Below are positions 40,717 to 52,101 of a stretch of 64,000 bases of DNA, piece after piece. Every line of letters starts with the position of its first letter. The stretch's first letter is position 1. The notes beneath the pieces are model-generated. The model made no database searches. It had not been told where the DNA came from and saw only the letters and a program-made list of their open reading frames with translations. The stretch lies in NCBI GenBank assembly GCA_024278055.1, contig JAJRTY010000099.1, forward strand, positions 3,249-67,248. The letters run 5' to 3'. The position numbers and the translations under genes are program-made. This DNA comes from Alphaproteobacteria bacterium (GTDB taxonomy: Bacteria; Pseudomonadota; Alphaproteobacteria; Rhizobiales; JAJFHR01).

Positions 40717-41751
40717 TCAGCCAATATACCCGACAATGCGTCTCACATCGCGCATTATGGGGGCGGCAACTGCTCGTGCTCTTTCAGCGCCATCACTCAA
40801 AACAGCCTCGATATAGGCAGAATCATCGGCAATTCTGGCCATTTCCTGCCCTATTGGTGCCAGCACACTGACCGCCAGATCGGCCAGTTCCGGTTTGAAT
40901 TCAGAGAATTGTTTACCACCGAATTGTTTAAGAACCTGGGCTTTGGACTGGTCTGAAAGGGCGGCAAAGATACCCACAAGATTATCAGCTTCAGGTCGGT
41001 CTTGCAGACCTTTTTCCTCTGATGGCAGTGGTTCGGGGTCTGTTTTTGCCTTGCGGATTTTCTTGGCGATTGTGTCGGCATCATCCTTGAGGTTGATCCG
41101 TGACATTTCAGAAGGTTCCGATTTACTCATTTTGCGGCTGCCATCGCGCAAAGACATCACCCGTGTTGCCGGGCCGGTGATCAAGGGTTCTGTTATTGGG
41201 AAAAACTCCTCGTCCAACCCTTGCGATTTAATCGATTGGGCAAAATCATTGTTGAATTTCTTGGCAATATCGCGGGCAAGTTCCAGATGTTGCTTCTGGT
41301 CTTCTCCCACCGGCACATGGGTGGCTTTGTAAACCAGAATGTCAGCCGCCATCAGGTTGGGATAGGTAAACAGGCCGGTTGACGCATTCTCGCGGTTTTT
41401 GCCTGCTTTATCCTTGAACTGTGCCATGCGGTTGAGCCAGCCCATGCGCGCAACACAATTGAAAATCCAGGCCAGTTCAGCATGTTGTGAAACCTGACTT
41501 TGATTAAACACAATATGGGCTTTTGGATCGATACCGCAGCTTAAAAAGCCCGCCGTAACTTCGCGAATATTGCCAACAAGTTCGGCTGGATCCTGCCATT
41601 CGGTCAGGGCATGCATATCCACCACACAATAGATACACTCATGGCTTTTCTGCAGGGCTACGAAATTTTTGATAGCACCGAGATAATTACCCAGATGCAA
41701 GTCGCCGGTGGGTTGAATGCCTGAAAAAACCCGTTGCAAATCAACGCTCAT
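40717..41751 (-). CDS. trpS: Tryptophan-tRNA ligase
   Basis: 344 aa with the HIGH-type motif [15 protein letters not shown] and KMSKS. Confidence 0.96.
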   Translation of the reverse strand: MSVDLQRVFSGIQPTGDLHLGNYLGAIKNFVALQKSHECIYCVVDMHALTEWQDPAELVGNIREVTAGFLSCGIDPKAHIVFNQSQVSQHAELAWIFNCVARMGWLNRMAQFKDKAGKNRENASTGLFTYPNLMAADILVYKATHVPVGEDQKQHLELARDIAKKFNNDFAQSIKSQGLDEEFFPITEPLITGPATRVMSLRDGSRKMSKSEPSEMSRINLKDDADTIAKKIRKAKTDPEPLPSEEKGLQDRPEADNLVGIFAALSDQSKAQVLKQFGGKQFSEFKPELADLAVSVLAPIGQEMARIADDSAYIEAVLSDGAERARAVAAPIMRDVRRIVGYIG

Positions 41752-41828
41752 AATAGCCTCGTAATAATGTCTTGTTGAATGTTCGATCTATGCCCAACGC
41801 CGGGAACAAGTGCAATAGCAAATAATCG

Positions 41829-43382
41829 CTACGAACGCCTTAACAGCCCCCGGACCTCACTGAATTTGAAAGCACCGGTAATGTTACATAACCCAAAAAA
41901 CACCGCCATCCCGGCAACAATCAATGCCAAAAGGAGCAAAACTTTCTCATACAGTGCGCCACTTGCAACAATGAGCGGGGATATGAACTGGTCCAGCCCC
42001 CATAAGGCAGCCCCCATGCACACCGCGCTAAGCGTATAGATTGTCAATCTGGTTTTAAGTCTTTGATCAACATTGAAATGCCCGCGCCGGTAAAGCGTTA
42101 TTGCCAGTAATGCAACATTGATCCAGCCGGCAAGCGATGTGGCAATAGCAATGCCAACGTGCTGAAAGAAAGGAAACAATGCCAGACTGGCAGCAACGTT
42201 TACCGCCATGGCCACACCGGCAAAATGCATGGGTGTTTTGGTATCTTCGCGGGCAAAAAACCCGGGGGAAAAAATTTTGTTGAGCACAAATGCCGGCAGG
42301 CCCACCGCAAATGCCATGAGCGCATAGGCTGTCGCCACTGTCGCCTCATTGCTGAAAGCGCCGCGCTCAAACAACACCATCAAAATCGGCTCGGGGATCA
42401 CCACAAGAGCAACGGCTGCCGGTAACGTCAACAGCATGGAAAATTCCATTGCCCGGTTTTGTGAGGCTTGGGCTGCAGTATCCTTGCCACTGCGCAACTG
42501 TCGGGCAATTTCCGGCAATAACACCACACCGATAGCAATGCCAATGACCCCGAGGGGGAGTTGGTAGATACGATCAGCGTAATAGAGGAACGAAACCGCA
42601 CCATCCTGCAGGGAAGCGATAATTGTTCCGATCATGATGTTTATCTGGGTGATGCCACCGGCAATGACGCCGGGAATGCCCAGAGTGATCAATCTCTTGA
42701 CGCCGGGTGTAAGGCGCGGGCGGCGCAGCTTGAAGACCATGCCACCGCGCCGTGCTGCAATGACCAGCATAAGCAATTGCAATAAACCAGCCAGCGACAC
42801 GCCCCAGACCAGCAAATAACCGACTTGCTGTTTGTCGCTGGCAAAGGTTGCAAGTACCAGAAGTGAAATCAGCACAACATTGAGCAGAATCGGTGCAGCA
42901 GCGGCAGCTGCAAACCGGCCGAGAGAATTGAGGACGCCGCTCAAAAACGCCACCAGCGACATAAACAACAAGTAAGGAAAGGCAATCCGGGTGAGCATTA
43001 CTGCCAGATTAAATTTTTCCGGATTGTCGACAAAACCCGGCGCCAGCAAATAAACCAGTAGCGGCATGAAAATTTCGGCAATAACTGTAAAAACAATAAG
43101 CGTGAAGGTGAGTACACTCAAAACTTCTTCACCAAACCGTCTGGCTTCGGCTTCGCCTTCGCCTTCAAGACGCTTGGCAAATAAGGGCACAAATGCTGAA
43201 TTAAACGCGCCCTCGGCAAACAGGCGGCGAAACAGATTGGGAAATCTGAAAGCAACAAAAAAAGCATCTGCCACCAGCCCGGTGCCCAGCACCGCTGCAA
43301 TCAACACATCGCGGATGAAGCCCAGTATTCGGCTGATTATTGTCATGCCGCCAACCACAGCAGCGGAGCGCATAAGGCTCAT
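41829..43382 (-). CDS. murJ: Lipid II flippase MurJ
   Basis: 517 aa, polytopic, with SRILGFIRDVLIAAVLGTG and FFVAFRFPNLFRRLFAEGAFNSAFVP. Confidence 0.94.
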   Translation of the reverse strand: MSLMRSAAVVGGMTIISRILGFIRDVLIAAVLGTGLVADAFFVAFRFPNLFRRLFAEGAFNSAFVPLFAKRLEGEGEAEARRFGEEVLSVLTFTLIVFTVIAEIFMPLLVYLLAPGFVDNPEKFNLAVMLTRIAFPYLLFMSLVAFLSGVLNSLGRFAAAAAAPILLNVVLISLLVLATFASDKQQVGYLLVWGVSLAGLLQLLMLVIAARRGGMVFKLRRPRLTPGVKRLITLGIPGVIAGGITQINIMIGTIIASLQDGAVSFLYYADRIYQLPLGVIGIAIGVVLLPEIARQLRSGKDTAAQASQNRAMEFSMLLTLPAAVALVVIPEPILMVLFERGAFSNEATVATAYALMAFAVGLPAFVLNKIFSPGFFAREDTKTPMHFAGVAMAVNVAASLALFPFFQHVGIAIATSLAGWINVALLAITLYRRGHFNVDQRLKTRLTIYTLSAVCMGAALWGLDQFISPLIVASGALYEKVLLLLALIVAGMAVFFGLCNITGAFKFSEVRGLLRRS

Positions 43383-43405
43383 GAGCGAAGTGCTTTCATC
43401 GTTTG

Positions 43406-46204
43406 CTATTCCGATCCAACGTTAGCGAGCTGGCGGGTGGCATTGCCTTTTGTCTTTGGTTTGTGGCGTTCAAACACCGATAGCAGGTGTTGTTTGATTT
43501 TTAAATGACGCTGCTCATTGGTGATCTTGAGGCCGGTGAGATCCTTGACATAAAACACATCGACAGCACGCTCGCCAAAAGTGGCGATGTGAGCCGAGCC
43601 GACATTGATATTAAGCTCAAACAACGCATGTGTGAGTTCGAACAAAAGCCCCGGCCGGTCGAGCCCGCGCACTTCCAGAACGGTAAAAATATTGGAACGC
43701 GAATTATCGATAATCACCGAAGGCTCAACACTGAAAGCTTTCAGGCGGCTTTTGGGCCGCTCGCGCGATTTTAAAAGTTCGGGCAGCTTGATTTGCCCGC
43801 GCAGGGATTTTTCAATCGTTGCAGCGATACGCCTGGCGCGGTTTTCTTCATCTTCAAGGTTGGGGAACTGACGTTGAATAAAGATCGAATTCAATGCCAT
43901 TCCATCCTTTGTCGTATAAATTTGCGCATCGACAATATTGGCACCCAACGCTGCACACGCCCCGGTAACCGTGGACAGCAGCGAGGGGTGATCAATGGCA
44001 AAAACTGTAATTTCAGTAATTTCGGTGAACTCGTCGGTTTTGAAATCTATGATCAGTTTACGGGAATTTTCCGTAGCCTCGCGGATCATTTTGGCGTGGG
44101 CAATTTTTCTTTCCAGGGTCACATTCAAAAGATAGGCAGGATAGTGTTTATTCAATAAAGCCTGTTGCTGGTCTTGTGGCCAGTCGCTCAAAGCCTGTTC
44201 CAGCTCCTCCAAGGCAACGGCTACGCGGGCTTTGCGGGTAATTGTTGTGTGACCACCTGAAATCACCGGTTCCACTTCGTAATAAAGCGTTCTGAGCAAT
44301 TCACCCTTCCAGCCATTCCATACGCCCGGTCCAACAGATTTGATATCGGCAACCGTGAGGCATAAAAGCAGCTTGAGGCGCTCGGGGCTTTGGACAATTT
44401 CAGCAAAATCCGTAATCGTCTTGAAATCATTTAAATCGCGCATCTGGGCAAAATCACTCATCGCCAGATGGTTTTCGATAAGCCAGACAACAATTTCTGT
44501 TTCCGCCCCGCTCAAGCCAAGCCGCGGGCACAGTTTTTTTGCAATGCGCCCGCCAACGATTGAATGACTTTCCGGTCTGCCTTTAGCGATATCATGCAGG
44601 AACACGGCAACAAACAAAGCCCGGCGGTTTTCAAGCGTATGGATGATTTTATTGGCCAGGGGATGTTGCTCGGCCAGTTCTCCGCGCTCGATTTCAGCCA
44701 GAATACCAAGTGCGCGCAACAAATGCTCATCAACCGTATAATGATGATACATGTTAAATTGCATCATTGAGACGATGCGGCCAAAATCAGGCACAAAACG
44801 GCCGAGCACACCGGATTCATTCATCTTGCGCAACACAACCTCGGCACTTTGCGCCGAAGTGAGGATTTTTAAAAAATATTCATTGGCTTTTGTGTTGCGC
44901 CGAAGCTTCGCATCTACAAGGCTCAAAGAACGGGTAATCAGTTTAAGTGCCTGGGGATGCAGCAGCACATTATTTTCACCGGCAAGATAGAAATATCGTA
45001 TCAGGTTTACTGCATCCTGCTTAAAGACCTTGTGATTGACCACATTGATGCGGCCACTTTCGAAGACGAACTGATCATAGCCGGGCACCACTTTGGTTGT
45101 TCGGCGGGTAAACCGGCGCAAAAATCGCGAAAGCGCTGGCGCTTTGGTAATATCCTGGGCTTCGAGAGCCGCGCAGAAAATTCGCGTCAAATCGCCCACA
45201 TCTTTGGCAACGAGAAAATAATGCCGCATAAAGCGCTCCACCCGCTTCATGCCGCCGCGCTTCTTGTAGCCCAGTCGTGCCGCCAGCTCAGGTTGATGGT
45301 CAAATGTCAGTCTTTCTTCCGCCCGCCCGGTGAGAAAGTGCAAATGGCAACGGATCGCCCAGAGGAAATCCTCACTTTTTTTGAAAGAGCGATATTCATC
45401 GCGTGTGAACAATCCTTTATCCACCAGCATGTCCGGTGAGCGCACCTGATACAGATAAAGCCCGATCCAGAACAAGGTATGCAGATCACGCAACCCCCCT
45501 TTACCGTCCTTGATGTTGGGTTCGACTTTATAGCGGCTTTCACCGGATTTCTTGTGCCGGTTTTCGCGTTCGCCAAGCTTTGCCTCGATAAAGTCAGCGG
45601 CTGGGAGCGAGAGGATTTCATCACGAAACCGACCTGACATCTCATCACACAACGCCTCGTCACCGCACAGGTAGCGCGCCTCCAGCGTTGCCGTTCTGAT
45701 GGTGAAGTCAGATGCAGACAGGCGAATGCATTCATCGACACTGCGGGTCGCATGACCGACCTTGAAACCCATGTCCCACAGCAGATAGAGCATATATTCA
45801 ATAACACTCTCGCCCCAGGCGGTCTGTTTGTATGGCAGGATAAACAAAAGGTCGATATCTGATCCCGGCGCCAGAGTGCCGCGACCATATCCACCAACCG
45901 CAACAACACTCAACCTTTCAGCAACAGTAGGGTTTGTGGCGCGATAGATATGAGTGATGGTATAGTAATAAATGATACGGATTATTTCATCCTGCAAATA
46001 CGAAATTGTAGCTGCGCACAGGGTTCCCTTGCCGTTTTTCTCCAACCGTGCCCGTGCCACCTCACGGCCCTTCGCCACACATTGTTTCAATGCTTCAAGT
46101 ACCTGTGGGCGTGCCTGATTTTCACCAAACTCCTGCACAAAGGCACCAAGCTCTTGCTTGAGCCTGCCGGTGTTAATCAGTTCTTTGGTATTGGCGATCC
46201 GCAT
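43406..46204 (-). CDS. glnD: [Protein-PII] uridylyltransferase/uridylyl-removing enzyme
   Basis: 932 aa with a nucleotidyltransferase domain (VAVGGYGRGTLAPGSDIDLLF), an HD domain (FLHDIAKG) and two C-terminal ACT domains. Confidence 0.95.
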   Translation of the reverse strand: MRIANTKELINTGRLKQELGAFVQEFGENQARPQVLEALKQCVAKGREVARARLEKNGKGTLCAATISYLQDEIIRIIYYYTITHIYRATNPTVAERLSVVAVGGYGRGTLAPGSDIDLLFILPYKQTAWGESVIEYMLYLLWDMGFKVGHATRSVDECIRLSASDFTIRTATLEARYLCGDEALCDEMSGRFRDEILSLPAADFIEAKLGERENRHKKSGESRYKVEPNIKDGKGGLRDLHTLFWIGLYLYQVRSPDMLVDKGLFTRDEYRSFKKSEDFLWAIRCHLHFLTGRAEERLTFDHQPELAARLGYKKRGGMKRVERFMRHYFLVAKDVGDLTRIFCAALEAQDITKAPALSRFLRRFTRRTTKVVPGYDQFVFESGRINVVNHKVFKQDAVNLIRYFYLAGENNVLLHPQALKLITRSLSLVDAKLRRNTKANEYFLKILTSAQSAEVVLRKMNESGVLGRFVPDFGRIVSMMQFNMYHHYTVDEHLLRALGILAEIERGELAEQHPLANKIIHTLENRRALFVAVFLHDIAKGRPESHSIVGGRIAKKLCPRLGLSGAETEIVVWLIENHLAMSDFAQMRDLNDFKTITDFAEIVQSPERLKLLLCLTVADIKSVGPGVWNGWKGELLRTLYYEVEPVISGGHTTITRKARVAVALEELEQALSDWPQDQQQALLNKHYPAYLLNVTLERKIAHAKMIREATENSRKLIIDFKTDEFTEITEITVFAIDHPSLLSTVTGACAALGANIVDAQIYTTKDGMALNSIFIQRQFPNLEDEENRARRIAATIEKSLRGQIKLPELLKSRERPKSRLKAFSVEPSVIIDNSRSNIFTVLEVRGLDRPGLLFELTHALFELNINVGSAHIATFGERAVDVFYVKDLTGLKITNEQRHLKIKQHLLSVFERHKPKTKGNATRQLANVGSE

Positions 46205-48984
46205 TAATCCTCCAACGTCAGTTTTTTAAGCGCATAGAGTTTTTCCAAAGCCTGTAGCGGTGTCATATCATCGGGCAGAAGTGTTTCAACATATTCCTCA
46301 ATTTTTGCCCCCTTGCCGGTCTGCGCAAGAGCCTGGGGCCGTGTGGCAGAAAACAGCGGCAAATCCTCCACCAGGGAATTTGCCCCTTTGTTGCGATCAT
46401 TTTCTTCCAGATTGTGTAAAACCTGTGTTGCCCGCGCCGTCACAGTTTCCGGCAGTCCAGCCAGTCGGGCAACCTGAATACCATAAGAGCGATCAGCAGA
46501 CCCCGGTCCCACTTCATGCAGAAAAATCACTTCATTTTGCCATTCCTTGACCCGCATTGTGGCATTTGCGAGATGCGGCAAAACCTCCGTCAGTGCGGTT
46601 AGTTCGTGAAAATGTGTAGCAAACAATGCCCGGCAGCCATTTACCTCATGCAGATGTTCCACACACGCCCAGGCAATCGACAGGCCATCGAAGGTTGCGG
46701 TGCCGCGACCGATTTCATCTAAAATCACCAGAGATTTTGGGCTGGCCTGATTAAGAATGGCAGCGGTTTCAACCATTTCAACCATGAAGGTCGAGCGCCC
46801 GCGCGCCAGGTCATCAGCCGCTCCAACCCGGCTGAACAACCTGTCGACAATGCCGATATGTGCAGTCTCAGCCGGTACATGTGAACCCATCTGTGCCAAT
46901 ACAACCATCAGGGCATTTTGTCGCAAATATGTTGATTTACCAGCCATATTGGGCCCGGTAAGCAAGGTTATGCGGGCAACGTCTTGGCTGCGTTCATTTT
47001 TTTCCGGGGCTGCATCCAGCGCGCAATTATTGGGCACAAACCCGCTTTCAGTCTCATGCTCAATAGCAGCCTCGACGACGGGATGGCGGCCGCGCGTGAT
47101 GATAAATGTGCCGCTGTCATCTATTTTGGGGCGCGTATACTTCTGTTTTTCCGCCAGTTCCGCCAGAGCGGTGGCCACATCAAGTTCACTCAACGCATCT
47201 GCGATTGCCGCAATCATGGCAGCATTCTGTCGCACGTCTTGCGCCATCCGCTCATAAGCCTCCAGCTCCAGTGCCACCGCCCGGTCTGCGGCTGACGACA
47301 GTTTTGCCACCAGTTCACCCAATTCAACCGTCGTAAAGCGCACGGCACTGGCAAGCGTCTGGCGATGGATGAAGGTCTGGCTCAAGGGTTCCGACAATAG
47401 TTTTGGCGCATATTGAGCGGTGATCTCAATGAAATAACCCAGAACGTTATTATGCTTTATTTTGAGGTTTTTAATGCCGGTATCGGTGCTATATCTCGCC
47501 TGAAGTGCGGCAATGAATTTTCGGCTTTCATCACGCAAAATCAGGCACTCATCAAGTTCAGCGATAACGCCCGAAGCAATAAAGCCACCGTCCCTGGCCT
47601 TGAGCGGCAACTCTTGACTTAGTTGCTTTTGCAGGTTTTGGCGCAGGCTCGTGTCTGCATTTTGCAAAATTCCTACATGGCGTGTGATATTGTGCGGCAG
47701 CGCCGACGGGCCCGGTTGCGCCGACAAAAGCGCGGGAATTTCCTCGGCAATTATCAAACCGTCACGCAAGCTGCCGAGATCACGCGGCCCGCTGCGATCA
47801 ACACTGATACGTGACAGGGCACGGGCAAGGTCAGGACAGCTGCGCAGGAGTTTTCTTAAATTACTGCGGCACGAGGAGTTTTCGCGAAAATAATCGACAT
47901 CATCCAGCCACGAATTTATCTCCGTCGCATCAGTTGAAGGAGATGTCATGCGTGCCGCCAGCCGCCGGCCTCCGGCACTGGTGACTGTTTTGTCGATGAT
48001 GGAAAGCAGGCTGCCTTCGCGGTTGCCTGACAGGGTGCGGGTTAACTCCAGATTTGTCCGTGTCGCGGCATCAATCATCAGGCTGGAGCCCACATGCTGG
48101 CGTTCCGGTGGCCTGAGAGCTGGAACCGCATCCAGCTGGGTAATTGAAATATAATCGATCAAAGCCCCGCAGGCGGAAAATTCCGCACGGCTGAACCCGC
48201 CAAAACCATCGAGCACCTTTACCCCGTAAAACGCCTTGAGCTGGCGCTGGGCTGAGGCGCTATCGAATTTTATCTGTGCCTGAGAGGTCAAAACGCCTTT
48301 CTGTTCCTCCCAGACTTTTTCGAGTGAGGCATCATTGAGCAAGGCTTCGGAAAGTATAATCTCGCTGGCTGACAGCCGGGCAAGTTCGGCACCCAGCCCC
48401 TTGTCATCCACCGTTATTACCTTGAACTCCCCGGTGGAAATATCAACCCAGGCAACGGCGAAGTCTGAATCATGGCCAAGGCGCACCACACAGCAGAGAT
48501 AATTATGGCTACGGGCATCCAAAAGCCCGTCTTCGGTCAGGGTTCCTGCTGTCACCAACCTTTTTACATCGCGCCGGACAACCGATTTTGCCCCACGCTT
48601 TTTTGCTTCAGCCGGGCTTTCCAGCTGTTCACACACGGCGACGCGAAAACCCGCCCTGATCAGTTGTTGCAGATAATTATCTGCTGAATGAACCGGAACT
48701 CCGCACATGGGGATGTCTGCACCATTGTGTTTTCCCCGTTTGGTCAGTGTTATGCCTAAAGCCTGCGATGCTTTTTCAGCATCGTCAAAAAACAACTCAT
48801 AAAAATCACCCATGCGATAAAACAAAAGGCTATCGGGATTAGCCGCTTTAATCTCTATAAACTGCGCCATCATCGGTGTAACTTTTTCAGACGCAGAAGT
48901 CTTTGAAGCTTGCGGGTGGTTTAGAGCACGGGGTGTTTTTTGAGCCATACCCTGAAGCTTATCAGAAAGATTGACGGCTGACAT
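46204..48984 (-). CDS. mutS: DNA mismatch repair protein MutS
   Basis: 926 aa with TPMMAQFIEIKAANPDSLLFYRMGDFYELFF and Walker A LTGPNMAGKST. Its stop overlaps the glnD start (TAATG). Confidence 0.97.
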   Translation of the reverse strand: MSAVNLSDKLQGMAQKTPRALNHPQASKTSASEKVTPMMAQFIEIKAANPDSLLFYRMGDFYELFFDDAEKASQALGITLTKRGKHNGADIPMCGVPVHSADNYLQQLIRAGFRVAVCEQLESPAEAKKRGAKSVVRRDVKRLVTAGTLTEDGLLDARSHNYLCCVVRLGHDSDFAVAWVDISTGEFKVITVDDKGLGAELARLSASEIILSEALLNDASLEKVWEEQKGVLTSQAQIKFDSASAQRQLKAFYGVKVLDGFGGFSRAEFSACGALIDYISITQLDAVPALRPPERQHVGSSLMIDAATRTNLELTRTLSGNREGSLLSIIDKTVTSAGGRRLAARMTSPSTDATEINSWLDDVDYFRENSSCRSNLRKLLRSCPDLARALSRISVDRSGPRDLGSLRDGLIIAEEIPALLSAQPGPSALPHNITRHVGILQNADTSLRQNLQKQLSQELPLKARDGGFIASGVIAELDECLILRDESRKFIAALQARYSTDTGIKNLKIKHNNVLGYFIEITAQYAPKLLSEPLSQTFIHRQTLASAVRFTTVELGELVAKLSSAADRAVALELEAYERMAQDVRQNAAMIAAIADALSELDVATALAELAEKQKYTRPKIDDSGTFIITRGRHPVVEAAIEHETESGFVPNNCALDAAPEKNERSQDVARITLLTGPNMAGKSTYLRQNALMVVLAQMGSHVPAETAHIGIVDRLFSRVGAADDLARGRSTFMVEMVETAAILNQASPKSLVILDEIGRGTATFDGLSIAWACVEHLHEVNGCRALFATHFHELTALTEVLPHLANATMRVKEWQNEVIFLHEVGPGSADRSYGIQVARLAGLPETVTARATQVLHNLEENDRNKGANSLVEDLPLFSATRPQALAQTGKGAKIEEYVETLLPDDMTPLQALEKLYALKKLTLED

Positions 48985-49138
48985 CCGGTTGTCGTTCCGC
49001 TTGAAAATTTTCTGTCGATGAATAATTCACTCTTGAACACAGACAATGCGCCGAAGTCGGGGGCTTGAGGTCTGCGAATTTCTCCGATAGGCTTTTGCTT
49101 CTTTTTAAAATACCCGCGTGGATTTTACAGGAATGATT

Positions 49139-51421
49139 ATGTCGACAGAGTTTTCCGATACCCAAAAGCCGCTTTTTACCGATCAAGAAGCGCTGGATTT
49201 TCATCAGGTGGGAAAACCTGGCAAGATTGAAATCGCCCCGACCAAACCGCTGGCCACCCAGCGTGATCTTTCTCTGGCATATTCTCCCGGTGTTGCCATC
49301 CCCGTTCTTGCAATCGCCAAAGACCCTGATGCAGCCTATGATTATACCGCCAAGGGCAACATGATTGCGGTTATCACCAATGGTACCGCTATTTTAGGAT
49401 TGGGAAATCTCGGTCCGCTGGCAGCCAAACCGGTGATGGAGGGCAAGGCTGCCCTGTTTAAACGCTTCGCCGATATTGATTCAATCGACCTTGAAGTTGA
49501 CACCCAGGACCCCGATGAGTTTATCAATTGTGTGCGTTATTTAGGCCCCGCCTTTGGCGGCATAAATCTCGAAGATATCAAGGCACCGGAATGTTTTATC
49601 ATTGAGGACAAGTTGCGTGAAATTATGAATGTGCCGGTGTTTCACGATGACCAGCACGGTACTGCGATTATTATAGCCGCCGGGTTCATCAATGCGCTCG
49701 AACTTACCGGGCGCGATATTAAAAAGACAAAAATTGTCTGCAATGGTGCCGGGGCTGCAGCCCTGGCCTCGCTCAAACTGCTGGTCAGTATGGGAGTATC
49801 GCCCAAGAATATTATTCTGTGCGACAGCAAAGGCCCGATTTATACCGGTCGTCAGGAAGGTATGAATCAATGGAAATCAGCTTTTGCCTCTGACACCGAC
49901 GTCCGCAATTTGAGCGATGCCATGGTTGGTGCGGATATGTTTTTGGGCCTGTCGGTAAAAGGTGCGCTGACAGCTGAAATGGTCGCCACCATGAGTGATC
50001 AGCCGATTATCTTCGCCATGGCCAATCCCGATCCCGAAATAACACCGGAAGAAGTTGCAACTGTGCGCGATGATGCAATCATGGCAACCGGCAGGTCTGA
50101 TTATCCCAATCAGGTCAATAATGTGCTTGGTTTTCCTTATATTTTCCGCGGCGCGCTTGATGTGAGAGCGCGCGAGATCAATGAAGATATGAAAATTGCC
50201 GCAGCCTATGCCCTGGCGCAACTGGCCCGCGAGGAGGTGCCCGATGAGGTTGCCTCAGCTTATCACGGAGCCAAAATGCGCTATGGCCGTGATTACATTA
50301 TCCCGGTGCCGTTTGACCCGCGCCTGATTTCAGCCATACCGGCAGCCGTGGCAAAAGCGGCTATGGATTCAGGCGTTGCCGGGCAGATGATTGCTGATTT
50401 TGATGAGTATAAGGCGCGGTTGAGTGCCCGCCTTGATCCGGTTGCGGGTTCATTGCAAAGCGTTTTTGATCATGTCAGGGCGGAGCCTAAATGCGTTGTA
50501 TTTGCTGAGGGCGAAGAAGAACAGGTGATCAGTGCGGCCTTTTCTTTCGCTTCCGGCGGATTAGGTAAGGCGATACTGGTTGGCCGCGAAGGTGTTATTG
50601 AACAGGTGATGAAAGATGCCGGTTTTGAAAAAAATGATCAGGTCGAAATTATCAACGCCCGCCTGTCGGACAGGAAACTGGAGTATGCCGAATACCTCTT
50701 TAGTCGCCAGCAGCGCAATGGTGTTTTGATGCGGGATTGTCAACGCCTTGTTAACACGGACAGAAACGTATTTGCCGCCAGCATGCTGGCTTTTGGCGAT
50801 GCGGACGCCATGGTAACCGGCGTTACCCGCAACAATGCCCATGCATTTGAAGATATTTCGCGCGTTATCAGTACCAAGAAAGATCACCGCGCTGTGGGTG
50901 TGACAATGGCGATTTCGCGCGGGCGTACGGTGCTGGTTGCTGATACCTCGATTGTTGATGACAGCCGCAGTGCTGAAGAACTAGCCGATATTGCTGTTGT
51001 TACCGCCGGAGTTGCGCACCGGCTGGGCTATGAGCCGCGCGTCGCCATGCTGGCCTATTCCTCCTTTGGCTACCCTAAGGGGGCGCAATCGACAAAAGTG
51101 AGACAGGCGGTGGAAATTTTAGATTCGCGCCAGGTTGATTTTGAATATGACGGAGAAATGACAGCCGACGTTGCCCTGAATGCCGACAAGATGGCAGCTT
51201 ATCCCTTCTGCCGTCTCAGTGCTCCGGCAAATATTCTGGTAATGCCCGGCTTCGCCAGCGCCAGCATAGCCATAAAAATGCTTCAGGAACTCGGCGGCGT
51301 AACCGTAATCGGCCCCCTGCTGGTCGGACTGGAAAAACCGGTCCAGATAGTGCCGATGAACGCAACCTCGTCAGAACTGGTAAATATGGCCGCAATAGCC
51401 GCCTACGATCTCAATCCGTGA
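49139..51421 (+). CDS. maeB: NADP-dependent malic enzyme with a C-terminal phosphotransacetylase-like domain
   Basis: [25 protein letters not shown] and a PTA-like C-terminal half. The track ORF starts at GTG 49118; ATG 49139 has AGGA upstream. Confidence 0.94.
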   Translation: MSTEFSDTQKPLFTDQEALDFHQVGKPGKIEIAPTKPLATQRDLSLAYSPGVAIPVLAIAKDPDAAYDYTAKGNMIAVITNGTAILGLGNLGPLAAKPVMEGKAALFKRFADIDSIDLEVDTQDPDEFINCVRYLGPAFGGINLEDIKAPECFIIEDKLREIMNVPVFHDDQHGTAIIIAAGFINALELTGRDIKKTKIVCNGAGAAALASLKLLVSMGVSPKNIILCDSKGPIYTGRQEGMNQWKSAFASDTDVRNLSDAMVGADMFLGLSVKGALTAEMVATMSDQPIIFAMANPDPEITPEEVATVRDDAIMATGRSDYPNQVNNVLGFPYIFRGALDVRAREINEDMKIAAAYALAQLAREEVPDEVASAYHGAKMRYGRDYIIPVPFDPRLISAIPAAVAKAAMDSGVAGQMIADFDEYKARLSARLDPVAGSLQSVFDHVRAEPKCVVFAEGEEEQVISAAFSFASGGLGKAILVGREGVIEQVMKDAGFEKNDQVEIINARLSDRKLEYAEYLFSRQQRNGVLMRDCQRLVNTDRNVFAASMLAFGDADAMVTGVTRNNAHAFEDISRVISTKKDHRAVGVTMAISRGRTVLVADTSIVDDSRSAEELADIAVVTAGVAHRLGYEPRVAMLAYSSFGYPKGAQSTKVRQAVEILDSRQVDFEYDGEMTADVALNADKMAAYPFCRLSAPANILVMPGFASASIAIKMLQELGGVTVIGPLLVGLEKPVQIVPMNATSSELVNMAAIAAYDLNP

Positions 51422-51523
51422 GCTAAGGTTGGTTTTCTTTTGTCGATTGCGGTCTGCCATATACAAAACCCATAACTTTTTCTTAAAAAGATGAGCGATT
51501 GAGGAATACACTGATTCTCTTCT

Positions 51524-51817
51524 TCAAAACAAACCTTCCAGCCTTTGTGCTCCATGCTCGACACGCACAATCTCGATTTCTTGTCCCATAAGACGATATA
51601 AAATCAGATAAGAATGGAACGTAACCACGCGGACTTCGTGAGCAATATCAGGTCGTTCGCCCCCCATGCGTGGCTGTGTCGCCATCAATGGAAACTTGTC
51701 CCAAATCTGGTCTACAAAGCGATTGGCTATTTCTTCGTTGTCCAAAGCAATATGAAGCCAAATTTCATCTAAATCGGCAAGGGCCGTATCTGCTATCCTG
51801 TACGATGTGCTGCTAAT
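51524..51817 (-). CDS. parE: ParE/RelE-family type II toxin; the conserved N-terminus is reachable only from a non-canonical ATT codon
   Basis: The track ORF (TTG 51745) begins inside the family-typical N-terminus. The same frame stays open upstream to 51835 and reads ...(ATT)SSTSYRIADTALADLDEIWLHIALDNEEIANRF... It lies downstream of, and overlaps, parD. Confidence 0.6.
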   Translation of the reverse strand: MSSTSYRIADTALADLDEIWLHIALDNEEIANRFVDQIWDKFPLMATQPRMGGERPDIAHEVRVVTFHSYLILYRLMGQEIEIVRVEHGAQRLEGLF

Positions 51818-52101
51818 CTTTCTCGCCCCCGCGTTTTAATTCCTTCACGGAGTGCTTTTGCATCTGCCTTTGTAGCAATGGTTTTAGAGCGGCCATTTTC
51901 TAAATCATCAATGCCACGCACCCACGCTTGTCGCAATCGCTCAATATCGGCCTCACGTATAGCCTGCTTCAGTTTCCAGTCGCGCAAAGCTTCACGTATT
52001 ACTTCACTGCTGGACGTATATTCCCCACCTGTAACTGCACCACGCACCATCTTGGCCAACTCTTCCGTCAATGATACACTCAATCTTTCAACATTTGCCA
52101 T
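51793..52101 (-). CDS. parD: ParD/CopG-type ribbon-helix-helix antitoxin
   Basis: MANVERLSVSLTEELAKMVRGAVTGGEYTSSSEVIREALRDW... ATG 52101 is preceded by GAGGA; the track ORF starts at 52137. Confidence 0.85.
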   Translation of the reverse strand: MANVERLSVSLTEELAKMVRGAVTGGEYTSSSEVIREALRDWKLKQAIREADIERLRQAWVRGIDDLENGRSKTIATKADAKALREGIKTRGRERLAAHRTG

